Positions 22,848 through 31,921 of a DNA stretch of 64,000 nucleotides are shown here, piece after piece. The stretch lies in contig JBEKBI010000010.1 in assembly GCA_050015475.1 (NCBI GenBank), forward strand, positions 11,455-75,454, read 5' to 3'. The notes under the pieces are model-generated. The model was not told the origin of the DNA and did not search any database. It saw nothing but the letters and a program-made list of their open reading frames with translations. Position numbers and translations under genes: made by a program. This DNA comes from Acidimicrobiales bacterium. GTDB lineage: Bacteria; Actinomycetota; Acidimicrobiia; Acidimicrobiales; Bog-793. Numbering within the stretch: position 1 is the first letter of the stretch; each line of letters opens with the position of its first letter.

Positions 22848-23558
22848 GTGGATCAACGGGCTGCCTGGGAGGCCGAGGCCGAGAACTGGGTGCAGTGGGC
22901 ACGAACCCCGGGCCACGACGCCTATTGGCACTACCGCCACGCCTTCTTCGACGCGGTCGTCCCAAGGCCCGGTCGCGCCACTCTCGAGATCGGCTGCGGC
23001 GAGGGGCGTGTGACCCGCGACCTAACAGCGCGGGGCCATGTTGTGGTCGCCCTCGACGCGTCAGCGACGCTGCTTCGATACGCCTCGGAAGCGGACACCG
23101 GTGGGAGGTATGTGCGGGCCGACGCCGCGGCTCTCCCGTGTGCTGACGCGAGCTTCGACATCGTTGTCGCCTACAACTCGCTCATGGACTTCGACGACAT
23201 GCCGGGCGCCATCTGGGAGACGGCCCGGGTTCTCGAGCGAGGCGGCGCGCTGTGCATCTGCGTCACTCATCCCCTGTTCGACGCGGGCGGGTTCGAGGGC
23301 GACGGCCAAGACGCCGCCTTCGTGCTCCGCCGGAGCTACCTCGGGGGGCGCAAGTTCGATGAGACGGTCGTGAAGGCCGGCATCACGATGCGCTTCCGGG
23401 GATTTGTGCACGCCCTCGAGGATTACTTCTCGGCGCTCTTCGACGCCGGCTTCGTGGTGGAGTTGTTGAAAGAGCCGACCCCTGCCGAAGGCGCGGACGG
23501 CTACGAACGCTGGCAGCGGTACCCGATGTTCCTCCACATCCGGGCGATTAAGGCCTGA
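22848..23558 (+). CDS. Class I SAM-dependent methyltransferase
   Basis: Motif I LEIGCGEGRVTRDL, then acidic VVALDAS and DIVVAYNSL. Confidence 0.85.
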   Translation: MDQRAAWEAEAENWVQWARTPGHDAYWHYRHAFFDAVVPRPGRATLEIGCGEGRVTRDLTARGHVVVALDASATLLRYASEADTGGRYVRADAAALPCADASFDIVVAYNSLMDFDDMPGAIWETARVLERGGALCICVTHPLFDAGGFEGDGQDAAFVLRRSYLGGRKFDETVVKAGITMRFRGFVHALEDYFSALFDAGFVVELLKEPTPAEGADGYERWQRYPMFLHIRAIKA

Positions 23559-23724
23559 GCACTGCGGCGAGTTGAGGCGCCGGGACGTCTTCGGACGACT
23601 GCTTGGCGCCACGCCCGTCGGACGGGCCGTAGCTTCGCCCCCAGACCCTCGGGGCGATAGCCGCCAGGACAACGGACATCGGGAGGATGGCGATCGCCTG
23701 CAGTGTGCACGCCAAAGCCTCCTA

Positions 23725-24321
23725 CTAAGGCGTTTTGGACGTGACAGGACCCACCTCGTCGAACAACCACCACAGCGGGTATCCAGAGCCGATTGCCGCC
23801 GTGACACCGAGGAGCACCGCGCAGACGAGTGCGATGCGGGAGCGCCGGATCGCGGCCTGGCGCGAAGCCGCGAAGCCTTCGCACTCGTCGGGCGTCCAGT
23901 GCTCGGCGGTGTCCTCATTGAGCTCGACGTCGCTCGAGGAGCGCTCGATTTGGCACCAGGCGAGCAGGGCCACCGCGAACACGGCGACTTTTGCCGCGGG
24001 GTCAGCCCATCGCGTCATCTCATGGGTGTGGAAGGCCCAGAGCGAGCCGCCGGAAAGTCCCGGGAAGGAAATGCCGCCGACGACTCCACCAGCTGCGAAG
24101 AGGATCAGCGTCGTCAAGACCGCGAACGTCGACGCTTCAGCCGGTTGCACCCGCGCCCCGCGGCCGGGACGAGCTATCCACGAGTCCAAGAAGGCGATGT
24201 CGACGCGCTCGGCCGGCGACAAAGGCTCGTCGGGGGTCTCGTCACCTTTTCGATCCGCCCCGCCCACCACGCGAGCAGCCCAGATCCCCGGCGCCGCGTA
24301 AGTGTGCACTGGTGTCGACAA
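23725..24321 (-). CDS. Hypothetical membrane protein (about 4 TM)
   Basis: Hydrophobic helices (FAVLTTLILFAAGGVVGGISF, VAVFAVALLAWC, IALVCAVLLGVTAAIG) and G/C-rich third positions in this frame. The overlapping plus-strand ORFs are Arg/Pro-rich junk. Lies 50 nt downstream of the NiCoT gene on the same strand. Confidence 0.55.
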   Translation of the reverse strand: MSTPVHTYAAPGIWAARVVGGADRKGDETPDEPLSPAERVDIAFLDSWIARPGRGARVQPAEASTFAVLTTLILFAAGGVVGGISFPGLSGGSLWAFHTHEMTRWADPAAKVAVFAVALLAWCQIERSSSDVELNEDTAEHWTPDECEGFAASRQAAIRRSRIALVCAVLLGVTAAIGSGYPLWWLFDEVGPVTSKTP

Positions 24322-24371
24322 CAGTGCGGCCGGCCGTTTCGAAGTGGCGTCGTGCCCGCGCTTGCTCCCGC

Positions 24372-25535
24372 CTAATCGGCGTTCGACCAGGCCCGGTCCT
24401 CAAGGGAGTCCTCGATGGTCGCGGCCGCCGTAGCTCTGGCGCGCATGGCGGCGGCGTCCCAGCGTTCCTCGACGTGGCCGAAGCGCCAGATCGAAAGCGC
24501 CACGACCCAGGTCGCGACGAACATGCCGACGATCACGAAGCCGGCCGTGTTGATGTTGAAATTCGCCATGAAGCTCCAGAAGCCTCCCCTCAGGTTCATC
24601 TCGGAGGGGAGCAGGCCCAGCAGCTCGATCGTGCCGATGAGAAAGGCCACAATGACCGACAGCCCTGTGATCGTGATGTTGTAGTACACCTTCCGGATCG
24701 GCCTCGCGAACGCCCATCCATAGGCGAAGTTCATGAAGCAGCCGTCCATGGTGTCGAAGGTGCTCATGCCCGCCGCGAACAGGATCGGGAGCGACAAGAT
24801 GGCGTAGAAGGGGAGCCCGCTCGCCACCGCAGTTCCTGACAGGACGAGAAGGGCGACCTCGGTGGCCGTGTCGAAGCCGAGGCCGAACAGCACCCCGATC
24901 GGGTACATCTTCCAGGGGGTGTCGATACGGCGGGCGAGCGGGCCGAAGAAGCGATTCATCAGCCCGCGCTTTTGCAGCTGTTCTTCGAGCTGGGCGTCGT
25001 CGTACTCGCCCCGGCGAAGCTCCATGAACACCTTCACGATCGAGACGAGGATGACGACGTTCAAGGCCGCGATGATGTAAAGGAAGAAGCCCGAGACTCC
25101 AGTCCCGACGATGTTGGTGATGTTGTGTAGCCCCGATCCGCTGTTCTTCACCTGTTCGTCGAGTGCCCGGATCCCGAAGTTCAACAGGATCGCCATCACG
25201 AACACGATCGTCGAGTGGCCTAGGGAGAAGAAGAAGCCGACGCTAAGTGGCCGCTTGTCTTCGTTGAGGAGCTTGCGGGTCGTGTTGTCGATGGCGGCTA
25301 TGTGGTCGGCGTCGAATGCGTGGCGCATGCCGAGGGTGAGGGCGAGGATCCCTGTGCCGAGCCCGAAGATCTCTCTTGTCGACAGGTGGTAGTGGTGGGG
25401 GATCGCGGCCGTGAGCATCACGAAGCCGACCACATACAAGCCGATGATCGCCCCGACCATGGCTAGGACACGGGCCCACTCCCTCGGGGTGAGAGCGTCG
25501 CGGATGGCACGTAGGCGTTCTGGGGTCCTCGCCAT
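24372..25535 (-). CDS. HoxN/HupN/NixA (NiCoT) family nickel/cobalt transporter
   Basis: Signature RHAFDADHIAAIDNTTRKL (HX4DH) and FFFSLGHSTIVF, with about 8 TM helices. I prefer the ATG at 25535, about 10 nt after GGAGGGAGGG, over the ORF-track start at 25577. Confidence 0.9.
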   Translation of the reverse strand: MARTPERLRAIRDALTPREWARVLAMVGAIIGLYVVGFVMLTAAIPHHYHLSTREIFGLGTGILALTLGMRHAFDADHIAAIDNTTRKLLNEDKRPLSVGFFFSLGHSTIVFVMAILLNFGIRALDEQVKNSGSGLHNITNIVGTGVSGFFLYIIAALNVVILVSIVKVFMELRRGEYDDAQLEEQLQKRGLMNRFFGPLARRIDTPWKMYPIGVLFGLGFDTATEVALLVLSGTAVASGLPFYAILSLPILFAAGMSTFDTMDGCFMNFAYGWAFARPIRKVYYNITITGLSVIVAFLIGTIELLGLLPSEMNLRGGFWSFMANFNINTAGFVIVGMFVATWVVALSIWRFGHVEERWDAAAMRARATAAATIEDSLEDRAWSNAD

Positions 25536-25582
25536 CGCCTGGAAACCCTCCCTCCGTCGTTCGCTGCAGGGTGTCATACCTG

Positions 25583-25607
25583 CCAGCTAGCCGCAAATGC
25601 TAGCTGG
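25583..25607 (-). other. Perfect 9-bp hairpin in the NiCoT 5' leader
   Basis: CCAGCTAGC-N7-GCTAGCTGG, about 50 nt upstream of the preferred start codon. Function unknown. Confidence 0.3.
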
Positions 25608-25866
25608 ACCCAACAAGAGCCATGCCGCCGGTTGCGGGTGGCGACGACATGTGCCTATCGGCGCAGGTCAGACGTTCACGCTCCGTCCCAGCCGTCAGCC
25701 GCGGTAAAGCCCACGGCGAGCATAGGAACAAGGGGTACCACAGCCGGTCGCGGGGCTCTGGAGCCATGGACTGACCTGGTCTGGGGGCGGACGTCCCGTT
25801 AGCAGACTCGGTGCGGGAAATGCAAATGACCTGCGCGCGCTGGGCAGTTCGCGACATACTCATGTC

Positions 25867-25914
25867 GGTGCACGGCCCCTTGCTTCCCTCGCAAGGCAAC
25901 GGGGGCCGTGCACC
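25867..25914 (-). terminator. Candidate intrinsic (I-shaped) terminator downstream of the SRPBCC gene
   Basis: 13-bp perfect GC-rich stem GGTGCACGGCCCC / GGGGCCGTGCACC enclosing a small inner hairpin, with an adjacent second hairpin CGACAT-ACTC-ATGTCG at 25852-25867. No U-tract. Confidence 0.4.
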
Positions 25915-25996
25915 ATCTATCGGCAGACTAGCGCCGCGTCTTGGCGCCGCCTAGATCGAGCGAGCGGTAGGGAAACAGGCCCGGGAGCAAGGCCGA

Positions 25997-26437
25997 CTAA
26001 CTCGGCACGAGGTGTTCGCGTATCCGGCTAAGGGCGCCCTCGGTTCGATGCTGTACGGCGCTGGCGACAAACGGGGCGAGGAAGATGGCTCCCAGCCCGC
26101 CCGGCTCTTCGTAACTCACCGTGAGGGCGACGCCTGTCCCGGCTGGTCCGGGGCGAAGCTCGAAGTGGAGGCTCTGGGCGGTCTCGCCTGTCGAAGACCA
26201 GGTGACGGATCGGCCGGGATCGAGGTGCGTTATCGAGATGGTCGTCCTGAGCGTATGGGGACCGACCTTCAACACGGCCTGGAATTGCGCCTTCTCGCCC
26301 GTCGTTCGCGCCCCGGTGGGGCTCAGCTCCTCGAGACCCTCGATGAAGATCGGTGCGCACTTGTAGTCGGCGAGGCAAGCGAAGACCGCCTCGGGTGGAG
26401 CCGGGATTATCGCTTCGGCGTGGACGGTCTTTTGCAA
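25997..26437 (-). CDS. SRPBCC (START/polyketide cyclase-like) family protein
   Basis: 146 aa with N-terminus VHAEAIIPAPPEAVFACLADY, typical of SRPBCC ligand-binding proteins. Confidence 0.75.
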   Translation of the reverse strand: MQKTVHAEAIIPAPPEAVFACLADYKCAPIFIEGLEELSPTGARTTGEKAQFQAVLKVGPHTLRTTISITHLDPGRSVTWSSTGETAQSLHFELRPGPAGTGVALTVSYEEPGGLGAIFLAPFVASAVQHRTEGALSRIREHLVPS

Positions 26438-26640
26438 GCAGGACTCCTCGTAAAAAGCTGCCGCCTCAGTCCGGGCTTACGGCCCGACTGGGTCTCCAAG
26501 TATCGCGGACGCGGTGTCGCCCGGTCGCACGGCGGGGCTGACAAGGCCGATAGGGGCGGAGGCGCCCCCGGCATAGGCGCCTTCGAAGGCGGCCTGAGTA
26601 GGCTTGGGCTCCGGTGAGAACAAGTCGTCAGCCTGGGGCC

Positions 26641-28125
26641 ATGCAATCGCGCTTGGCCGACGTGACCGACGACTTGGCGACTCTTCTGCAGGCGTCGCAC
26701 GATGGCGTTCTCGCCATCGACGCCGACGGCCTCATCGTCCTCGCGAGCAGATCGGTCAAGGCGCTCTTCGGGTACGAGCCCGAGGAGATCGTCGGCCAGC
26801 CGCTCGAGATCCTCGTGCCGGAAGCCGCTCGCACCGAGCACGAGGGACACCGCCGCTCTTTCGTCGAGGCAGGCAGGCCGCGCCCGATGGGCCGTGGCTT
26901 GGCGCTCAGAGGCCGGCGGCGAGACGGCACCTTGTTCCCAGTCGACGTCAGCCTCGCTCCCTTTCCTACGGCTGAAGGCCCATACGTGGGTGCCTTCGTG
27001 CGCGACATCACCGAGCGGCACCGCGAGGAGACGAGGCTGCACGCGATCAACGAGATCACGCAGCGGCTCCTGGCGGGGGAGCCGACCGAGACGACCCTGG
27101 AGCTGGTCGCGTCCCGGGCCCGGGGGCTCGTGGACGGTGCTCTCGGTTGCGTGCTCGTGCCTTACGGAGCGGATCACCTCATCGTCAGCGCCAGCGACGG
27201 CTACGGAGCCGAGTCGGCTCGTGGTGTCAAAGTTGAGGCGGAGACCAGCATCGCGAGGCGCGCCATGGTCCAGGGGAAGCCGATCTCCGTGCCCGACCTG
27301 TCCGTCGAGGCGGCCGTGCCGCCGGAGATCAGGGCTCTCGGCCTCGGTCCGGGGCTCTACTGCCCCCTCAGCGCCGAGGAGGAGATGCTGGGGGCTCTCG
27401 TGGTCGCCCGACACCGGGGAGAGCCGGAGGTCACCCCAGGCGAGATAGAGCTCATCGAGGTCTTCGCGAATGCCGCCGCCGTCGCTCTCACTCTCGGCGA
27501 GGCCCGGTTCGAGCTCGAGCAGCTCAACGTCTCCACCGAGCACGAGAGGATCGCCCGCGACCTGCATGACACGGTCATCCAAAGGCTCTTCGCCCTCGGC
27601 ATGGGCCTGCAGAACATCGAGCGCGTGACGACGGGCTCAGTCGCGGAGCGTATCGACCATGTCGTTGACGGGTTGGATGAGGTCATTCGCGACATCCGGG
27701 ACACCATCTTCCATTTGGAGAGGCCCGTGATGGGCAACTGGGGCCTGCGGTCCTCGGTCATCGAGGTCGCCACCGCGGCCGCGGAGCAGCTGGGGTTCGC
27801 GCCCCGCGTCAGATTTCAGGGTCCCGTGGACTCGGTCACCGACGAGGAACTCGGTCCGGAAGTCGTGGCCGTGCTGACCGAGGTGCTGTCCAACGTCGCG
27901 CGCCATGCCAAGGCGTCCTCGGTCGAGGTCGTCGTCGCGGCCGAGGACGGCGTCTTCCTGGTTTCCGTCGCCGACGACGGCGTCGGGCTTCCTGAGGGAC
28001 GGACGGCCGGGAACGGATTGCGCAACATCGCCGCCAGAGCCCGGGCCCTGTCGGGGTCGGTGTCGATCACCGCCCGCAGTCCCGCCGGGACGTTGGTCGA
28101 GTGGACCGTGCCCTTAAGGTCGTGA
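26641..28125 (+). CDS. Sensor histidine kinase, PAS-GAF-HisKA_3-HATPase_c
   Basis: PAS (GVLAIDADGLIVLASRSVKALFGYEPEEIVGQP), a central GAF-like region, H-box ERIARDLHDTVIQRLFALG, N-box EVLSNVARHA and G-box GNGLRNI. No response regulator gene is adjacent. Confidence 0.85.
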   Translation: MQSRLADVTDDLATLLQASHDGVLAIDADGLIVLASRSVKALFGYEPEEIVGQPLEILVPEAARTEHEGHRRSFVEAGRPRPMGRGLALRGRRRDGTLFPVDVSLAPFPTAEGPYVGAFVRDITERHREETRLHAINEITQRLLAGEPTETTLELVASRARGLVDGALGCVLVPYGADHLIVSASDGYGAESARGVKVEAETSIARRAMVQGKPISVPDLSVEAAVPPEIRALGLGPGLYCPLSAEEEMLGALVVARHRGEPEVTPGEIELIEVFANAAAVALTLGEARFELEQLNVSTEHERIARDLHDTVIQRLFALGMGLQNIERVTTGSVAERIDHVVDGLDEVIRDIRDTIFHLERPVMGNWGLRSSVIEVATAAAEQLGFAPRVRFQGPVDSVTDEELGPEVVAVLTEVLSNVARHAKASSVEVVVAAEDGVFLVSVADDGVGLPEGRTAGNGLRNIAARARALSGSVSITARSPAGTLVEWTVPLRS

Positions 28126-28217
28126 AATTTGTCACATGCCTCGTTGGCGTCACACGGCCGGCTGAAACGTGACTTTCGCCTCTAACCGGATAGGCCACAC
28201 CGGCGGACTCTTGAAGC

Positions 28218-28634
28218 GTGGAGAGCGATCGCCGACCTGTTTTCGAGGAAGTCGGCCGGGACGAGGTTGTTCAGCTGCTGCGTAAAGTGCCGGTCGGACG
28301 TGTGGCACTAACGGCGCGCGCACTGCCGATAGTCATCCCCGTCAACTTCGCTCTGCTCGACGGCAACGTCGTCTGGCGCTCGGCCGAGGGCACCAAGCTG
28401 AACGACGCCTCGACAGGATTCGTGGTCGCGTTCGAGGCCGACAGCTACGAGCTCGACCAAAAAGAGGGCTGGAGCGTCATGATCCAAGGCCTCGCCCACG
28501 TCATCACCGACGAGAAGGAGATCGAGCGCGCGAGGCAGCTGCCGCTCGAGTCGTGGGCCCTCGACGGGGCGGCGGACCGCTATGTGTGCCTCGTGCCGAG
28601 CATCGTCACAGGAACACGCATCCGCCACCCCTAG
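28218..28634 (+). CDS. Pyridoxamine 5'-phosphate oxidase-like (split-barrel flavin/deazaflavin-binding) family protein
   Basis: 138 aa with VGRVALTARALPIVIPVNFALLDGNVVWRS, typical of the PPOX-like Pyridox_ox_2 family. Confidence 0.75.
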   Translation: MESDRRPVFEEVGRDEVVQLLRKVPVGRVALTARALPIVIPVNFALLDGNVVWRSAEGTKLNDASTGFVVAFEADSYELDQKEGWSVMIQGLAHVITDEKEIERARQLPLESWALDGAADRYVCLVPSIVTGTRIRHP

Positions 28635-28671
28635 GCACGGCAAAGCACCGCTGCCACCTACACTTGCCGGC

Positions 28672-29307
28672 GTGAAGGCCGTCCCAACCGAGGCCTTGGA
28701 CGGTGAGGCTGGCGACCTCGACCGCATCTGGACCGTACCGAACCTGATCTCCTGCACGCGCATCGTGCTGCTCGGAGTGTTCTGCTGGCTGCTGTTCGGG
28801 CCCGGCGAGCGGATCGCGGCGACGATCGTGCTCATGGTCGCGGGCGGCACCGACTTCCTCGACGGCTTCCTCGCCCGCAAGCTGCACCAGGTGAGCACGC
28901 TCGGGAAGATCATCGATCCCTTCATCGACCGGATCGTCCTCATGACGGCGATCGTTGCGATCGTGATTTACGGAGCAGTCCCAATCTGGCTCGCGGCCGT
29001 AGTGCTCGGCCGGGAGGTCATCGTCTCGGGGGCGGTACTCGTGCTGGCGGCGATGGGAGCGAAACGGATCGACGTGGTCTGGATGGGGAAGGCCGGCACC
29101 TGCGGGCTCATGTGCTGCTTCCCGCTCTTCCTCCTCGGCGACGAGCACGCCACGTGGGCTCGCGTGCTGACCGATGCCACCTGGGTGGCGGTAGTGCCCG
29201 CCTTGCTGTTGAGCCTGGCCGCGGGGATCGCCTATGTGCCAAGGGCCCGGGGGGTGCTGGGCGCTCGGCAGGAAGAGCGCGCTAGAAAGGGGACGGTGAC
29301 CCCGTGA
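28672..29307 (+). CDS. CDP-alcohol phosphatidyltransferase family protein (PgsA / eukaryote-type cardiolipin synthase-like)
   Basis: Motif DGFLARKLHQVSTLGKIIDPFIDR (D-G-x2-A-R-x8-G-x3-D-x3-D) and several TM helices. GTG 28672 chosen as start. Confidence 0.85.
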   Translation: MKAVPTEALDGEAGDLDRIWTVPNLISCTRIVLLGVFCWLLFGPGERIAATIVLMVAGGTDFLDGFLARKLHQVSTLGKIIDPFIDRIVLMTAIVAIVIYGAVPIWLAAVVLGREVIVSGAVLVLAAMGAKRIDVVWMGKAGTCGLMCCFPLFLLGDEHATWARVLTDATWVAVVPALLLSLAAGIAYVPRARGVLGARQEERARKGTVTP

Positions 29308-31802
29308 AGGCGGTGATTCTGGCGGGTGGGGAAGGCACGCGGCTCCGCCCCCTCACAGCCAGCCAACCCAAGCCGATGCTGCCCATGGTGAACGTGCCCA
29401 TGGCAGAGCACGTCGTGACCCTGCTCCGGCGGCACGGCTTCGACGAGATCGTCGTGACGGTCGGGTTCCTCGCGAGCACCATCCGCAACTACTTCGGCGA
29501 CGGCTCCGAGCTCGGGGTCAGGCTCGTTTACGCGACCGAGGAGGTCCCGCTCGGCACCGCTGGTTCGGTGCTCAACGCGAGGGCCGAGCTTGACGATCGG
29601 TTCCTGGTGATCTCTGGAGACGTGCTCACCGACGTCGACCTCACGGCCCTCGTCGAGTTCCACACCGCACAGGGCGCGGCCGCGACCCTCGCCCTGCAAG
29701 CGGTGGAGAACCCTCTCGAGTTCGGCATGGTGATCATCGGCCCGGACGGCCGCGTGGAGCGATTCCTCGAGAAGCCGGGTTGGGGTGACGTGTTCAGCGA
29801 CACCATCAACACCGGCATCTACGTCCTCGAACCTGAGGTCCTCGACTGGATACCGGAAGGACGGGCGGTCGACTTCTCGACGGAAGTGTTCCCGATGATG
29901 CTCGAGGCGGACCGCCCGCTGTTCGGCCACGTCTCCGGCAGGTACTGGGAGGACGTGGGCACACTCGAGGCGTACTTGCGGGCGCATGCCGACATCCTGG
30001 ACGGGAAGGTCGACATCGAGGTCCCGGGCTTCCCCTTCCGCCCGAAGGTGTGGCTCGGGGCCGGGGCGGAGATCCACCCCTCCGCCAAGGTCGAAGGCCC
30101 GGCACTCATCGGCGACAACTGCCGGATCGGGCCGGGCGTGGAGCTGAAGGGGCACTGCGTGCTCGGGGCGAACGTGCGCGTCGGTGAGGACACCGTCATC
30201 GAGCGCTGCGTAGTCCACGACAACGTCTACATCGCCTCGGCCGTCAGGGCGCGAGGCGCCGTCATCGCGAGATCCTGCGACGTCCGCCAGGGCGTGCACC
30301 TCGAGGACGGGGTGGTCCTCGGGGAAGGCGCCAGGGCCGGGCGCCAGTCCGTCGTCGGGGCCGGAGTGAAGGTGTACCCGCACAAGATCATCGAGCCGGG
30401 CGCAGTGGTCAACTCGTCCATCATCTGGGAGTCGCGCGGCTCGCGGAGGATATTCGGCCGCTACGGCGTGGGCGGCATCGCCAATGTGGACCTCTCCCCG
30501 GAGGTGGCGGTGCGGGTTGCCCTCGCCTACGCGACCACGCTCCCGAAAGGCGCGACCGTAGCCGTGTCGAGAGACTCGAGCCGGGCCGCGCGAATGCTGA
30601 AGCGCGCCGCCATGGTCGGGATCATCGCCGCCGGTTGCAACGTCGAGGACCTCGAAGTGGCAACCGTCCCCGTCACGCGGTTCCTCACCCGCACCGGGAC
30701 CTCGGTCGGAGGGATGACCGTCCGCCTCGTTCCCGGGGACCCTCAGTCGGTCGTGCTGCGCTTCTTCAACGAGGACGGCATGGACGTCGACGAGGCCACC
30801 CAGCGCAAGATCGAGCGGCTCTACAACCGCGAGGAGTCGCGTCGCGTGCTCGCGGCGGAGATCGGCGACATCGATTTCGCGACGCGGACCGTCGAGCTGT
30901 ACACGAACGAGCTCACGAGCATGGTCGACCTCGACGCCATCCGTGCCGCCAGGTTCAAGCTCGTCCTCGACTACGCCTTCGGCACGGCCAGCTTTGTGAT
31001 GCCGAACGTGCTCGCCAAGCTCGGAGCCGATGTGCTCGGGATCAACCCGAACATCTCCACCTCGGGGGTCATCGGCTTCGACCGGGCCGTGCACGCCAGG
31101 CGTCTTTCCGACCTCGTCCAGTCCTCGGGGGCCAATCTCGGGGCGATCTTCGACCCTGACGGCGAGCAGTTGACCCTCGTGGACGACACCGGCCACGTGC
31201 TCGAGGACGATGAGGCGCTACTCACTCTGGTACAGCTGGTGTCGTCCTCGGAGCCGGGCAGCGTGATCGCCGTCCCCGTGGACGCAAGCCACCAGGTGGA
31301 GGGGATCTGCGCCGCCAACGGCGCCGAAGTGCTTTGGACCAAGCTCTCAGCGTCGTTGCTCGTCGAGGCCGCCGACTCTCCTGAAGTCCACTTCGCGGCG
31401 AACACCTTCGGAGGGTTCGTGTTCCCCCAGTTCCTTCCCGCCTTCGACGCCATCGCGGTGTTCGTGCGCCTTCTTTCCCTGCTCGCCTCCAGGAGGGAGA
31501 TCCTGTCCCACGTCGTGTCCCGGCTCCCCACGACTCACATCGTCCGCTGGGACGTGCCGACGCCCTTCGAGCAAAAAGGGCTCGTGATGCGCACCCTTTT
31601 GGAGCACGCCGATCCCGACAGGCTGGTGCTCCTGGACGGCATGAAGACCTTCGACCCGGAGGGATGGACGCTCGTCGTGCCGGATCCCGACACGCCCCTC
31701 ACACGCATCTTCGCCGAGGCGAAGACGAGAGCAGGGGCGAAGCGCCGGGCCGAGCACGCGGCCGACGACATAGAGCAGATCCTCGCCCAGGGCACGTCCT
31801 GA
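29304..31802 (+). CDS. Bifunctional sugar-1-phosphate nucleotidyltransferase (ManC/GlmU-like with LbH) / phosphohexomutase (PMM/PGM-like)
   Basis: N-terminus KAVILAGGEGTRLRPLT, hexapeptide-repeat middle part, and a C-terminal alpha-D-phosphohexomutase-like region of about 450 aa. GTGA overlap with the upstream transferase. Confidence 0.85.
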   Translation: MKAVILAGGEGTRLRPLTASQPKPMLPMVNVPMAEHVVTLLRRHGFDEIVVTVGFLASTIRNYFGDGSELGVRLVYATEEVPLGTAGSVLNARAELDDRFLVISGDVLTDVDLTALVEFHTAQGAAATLALQAVENPLEFGMVIIGPDGRVERFLEKPGWGDVFSDTINTGIYVLEPEVLDWIPEGRAVDFSTEVFPMMLEADRPLFGHVSGRYWEDVGTLEAYLRAHADILDGKVDIEVPGFPFRPKVWLGAGAEIHPSAKVEGPALIGDNCRIGPGVELKGHCVLGANVRVGEDTVIERCVVHDNVYIASAVRARGAVIARSCDVRQGVHLEDGVVLGEGARAGRQSVVGAGVKVYPHKIIEPGAVVNSSIIWESRGSRRIFGRYGVGGIANVDLSPEVAVRVALAYATTLPKGATVAVSRDSSRAARMLKRAAMVGIIAAGCNVEDLEVATVPVTRFLTRTGTSVGGMTVRLVPGDPQSVVLRFFNEDGMDVDEATQRKIERLYNREESRRVLAAEIGDIDFATRTVELYTNELTSMVDLDAIRAARFKLVLDYAFGTASFVMPNVLAKLGADVLGINPNISTSGVIGFDRAVHARRLSDLVQSSGANLGAIFDPDGEQLTLVDDTGHVLEDDEALLTLVQLVSSSEPGSVIAVPVDASHQVEGICAANGAEVLWTKLSASLLVEAADSPEVHFAANTFGGFVFPQFLPAFDAIAVFVRLLSLLASRREILSHVVSRLPTTHIVRWDVPTPFEQKGLVMRTLLEHADPDRLVLLDGMKTFDPEGWTLVVPDPDTPLTRIFAEAKTRAGAKRRAEHAADDIEQILAQGTS

Positions 31803-31921
31803 TCCGGCGGAATCCGCCAGGCCCCCGTGCCGCGGTCGGAGCTGCCGGAGGCGTCGAACCGGGCGAATGACTACGATCGCCGCAGCCTTTAAGTTCCCGC
31901 CGCACGAAGGAGCCCTGAGCA

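Noticed and set aside
20883-25600. Intact prophage or integrative element at tRNA-Pro.
   Set aside because: There is no integrase, no phage or conjugation genes, and I did not see a repeat of the tRNA 3' end. Only a transposase fragment is present, so at most this is an old, decayed insertion.
25578-25866. Cobalamin riboswitch or NikR operator in the NiCoT leader.
   Set aside because: No B12 box (GCCACTG) or GGGAA...GGTG.GAATCC core on the minus strand. Only one GTATGA half-site is present, without the TCATAC partner at 16-nt spacing.
25600-25899. 99-aa ORF on the minus strand inside the NiCoT leader.
   Set aside because: Its composition (Cys/Arg/Ser/Pro-rich) and lack of an RBS argue against coding. 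It overlaps the hairpins.
31803-31921. Possible glycine riboswitch upstream of gcvH (CACGAAGGAGCC resembles the ACCGAAGGAGCAA core).
   Set aside because: The GAAGGAG is better explained as the gcvH Shine-Dalgarno, 8 nt before the ATG. I could not find the GGAGAG and CTCAGGCAAAAGGAC-type elements or a convincing P1. A cmscan would settle it.
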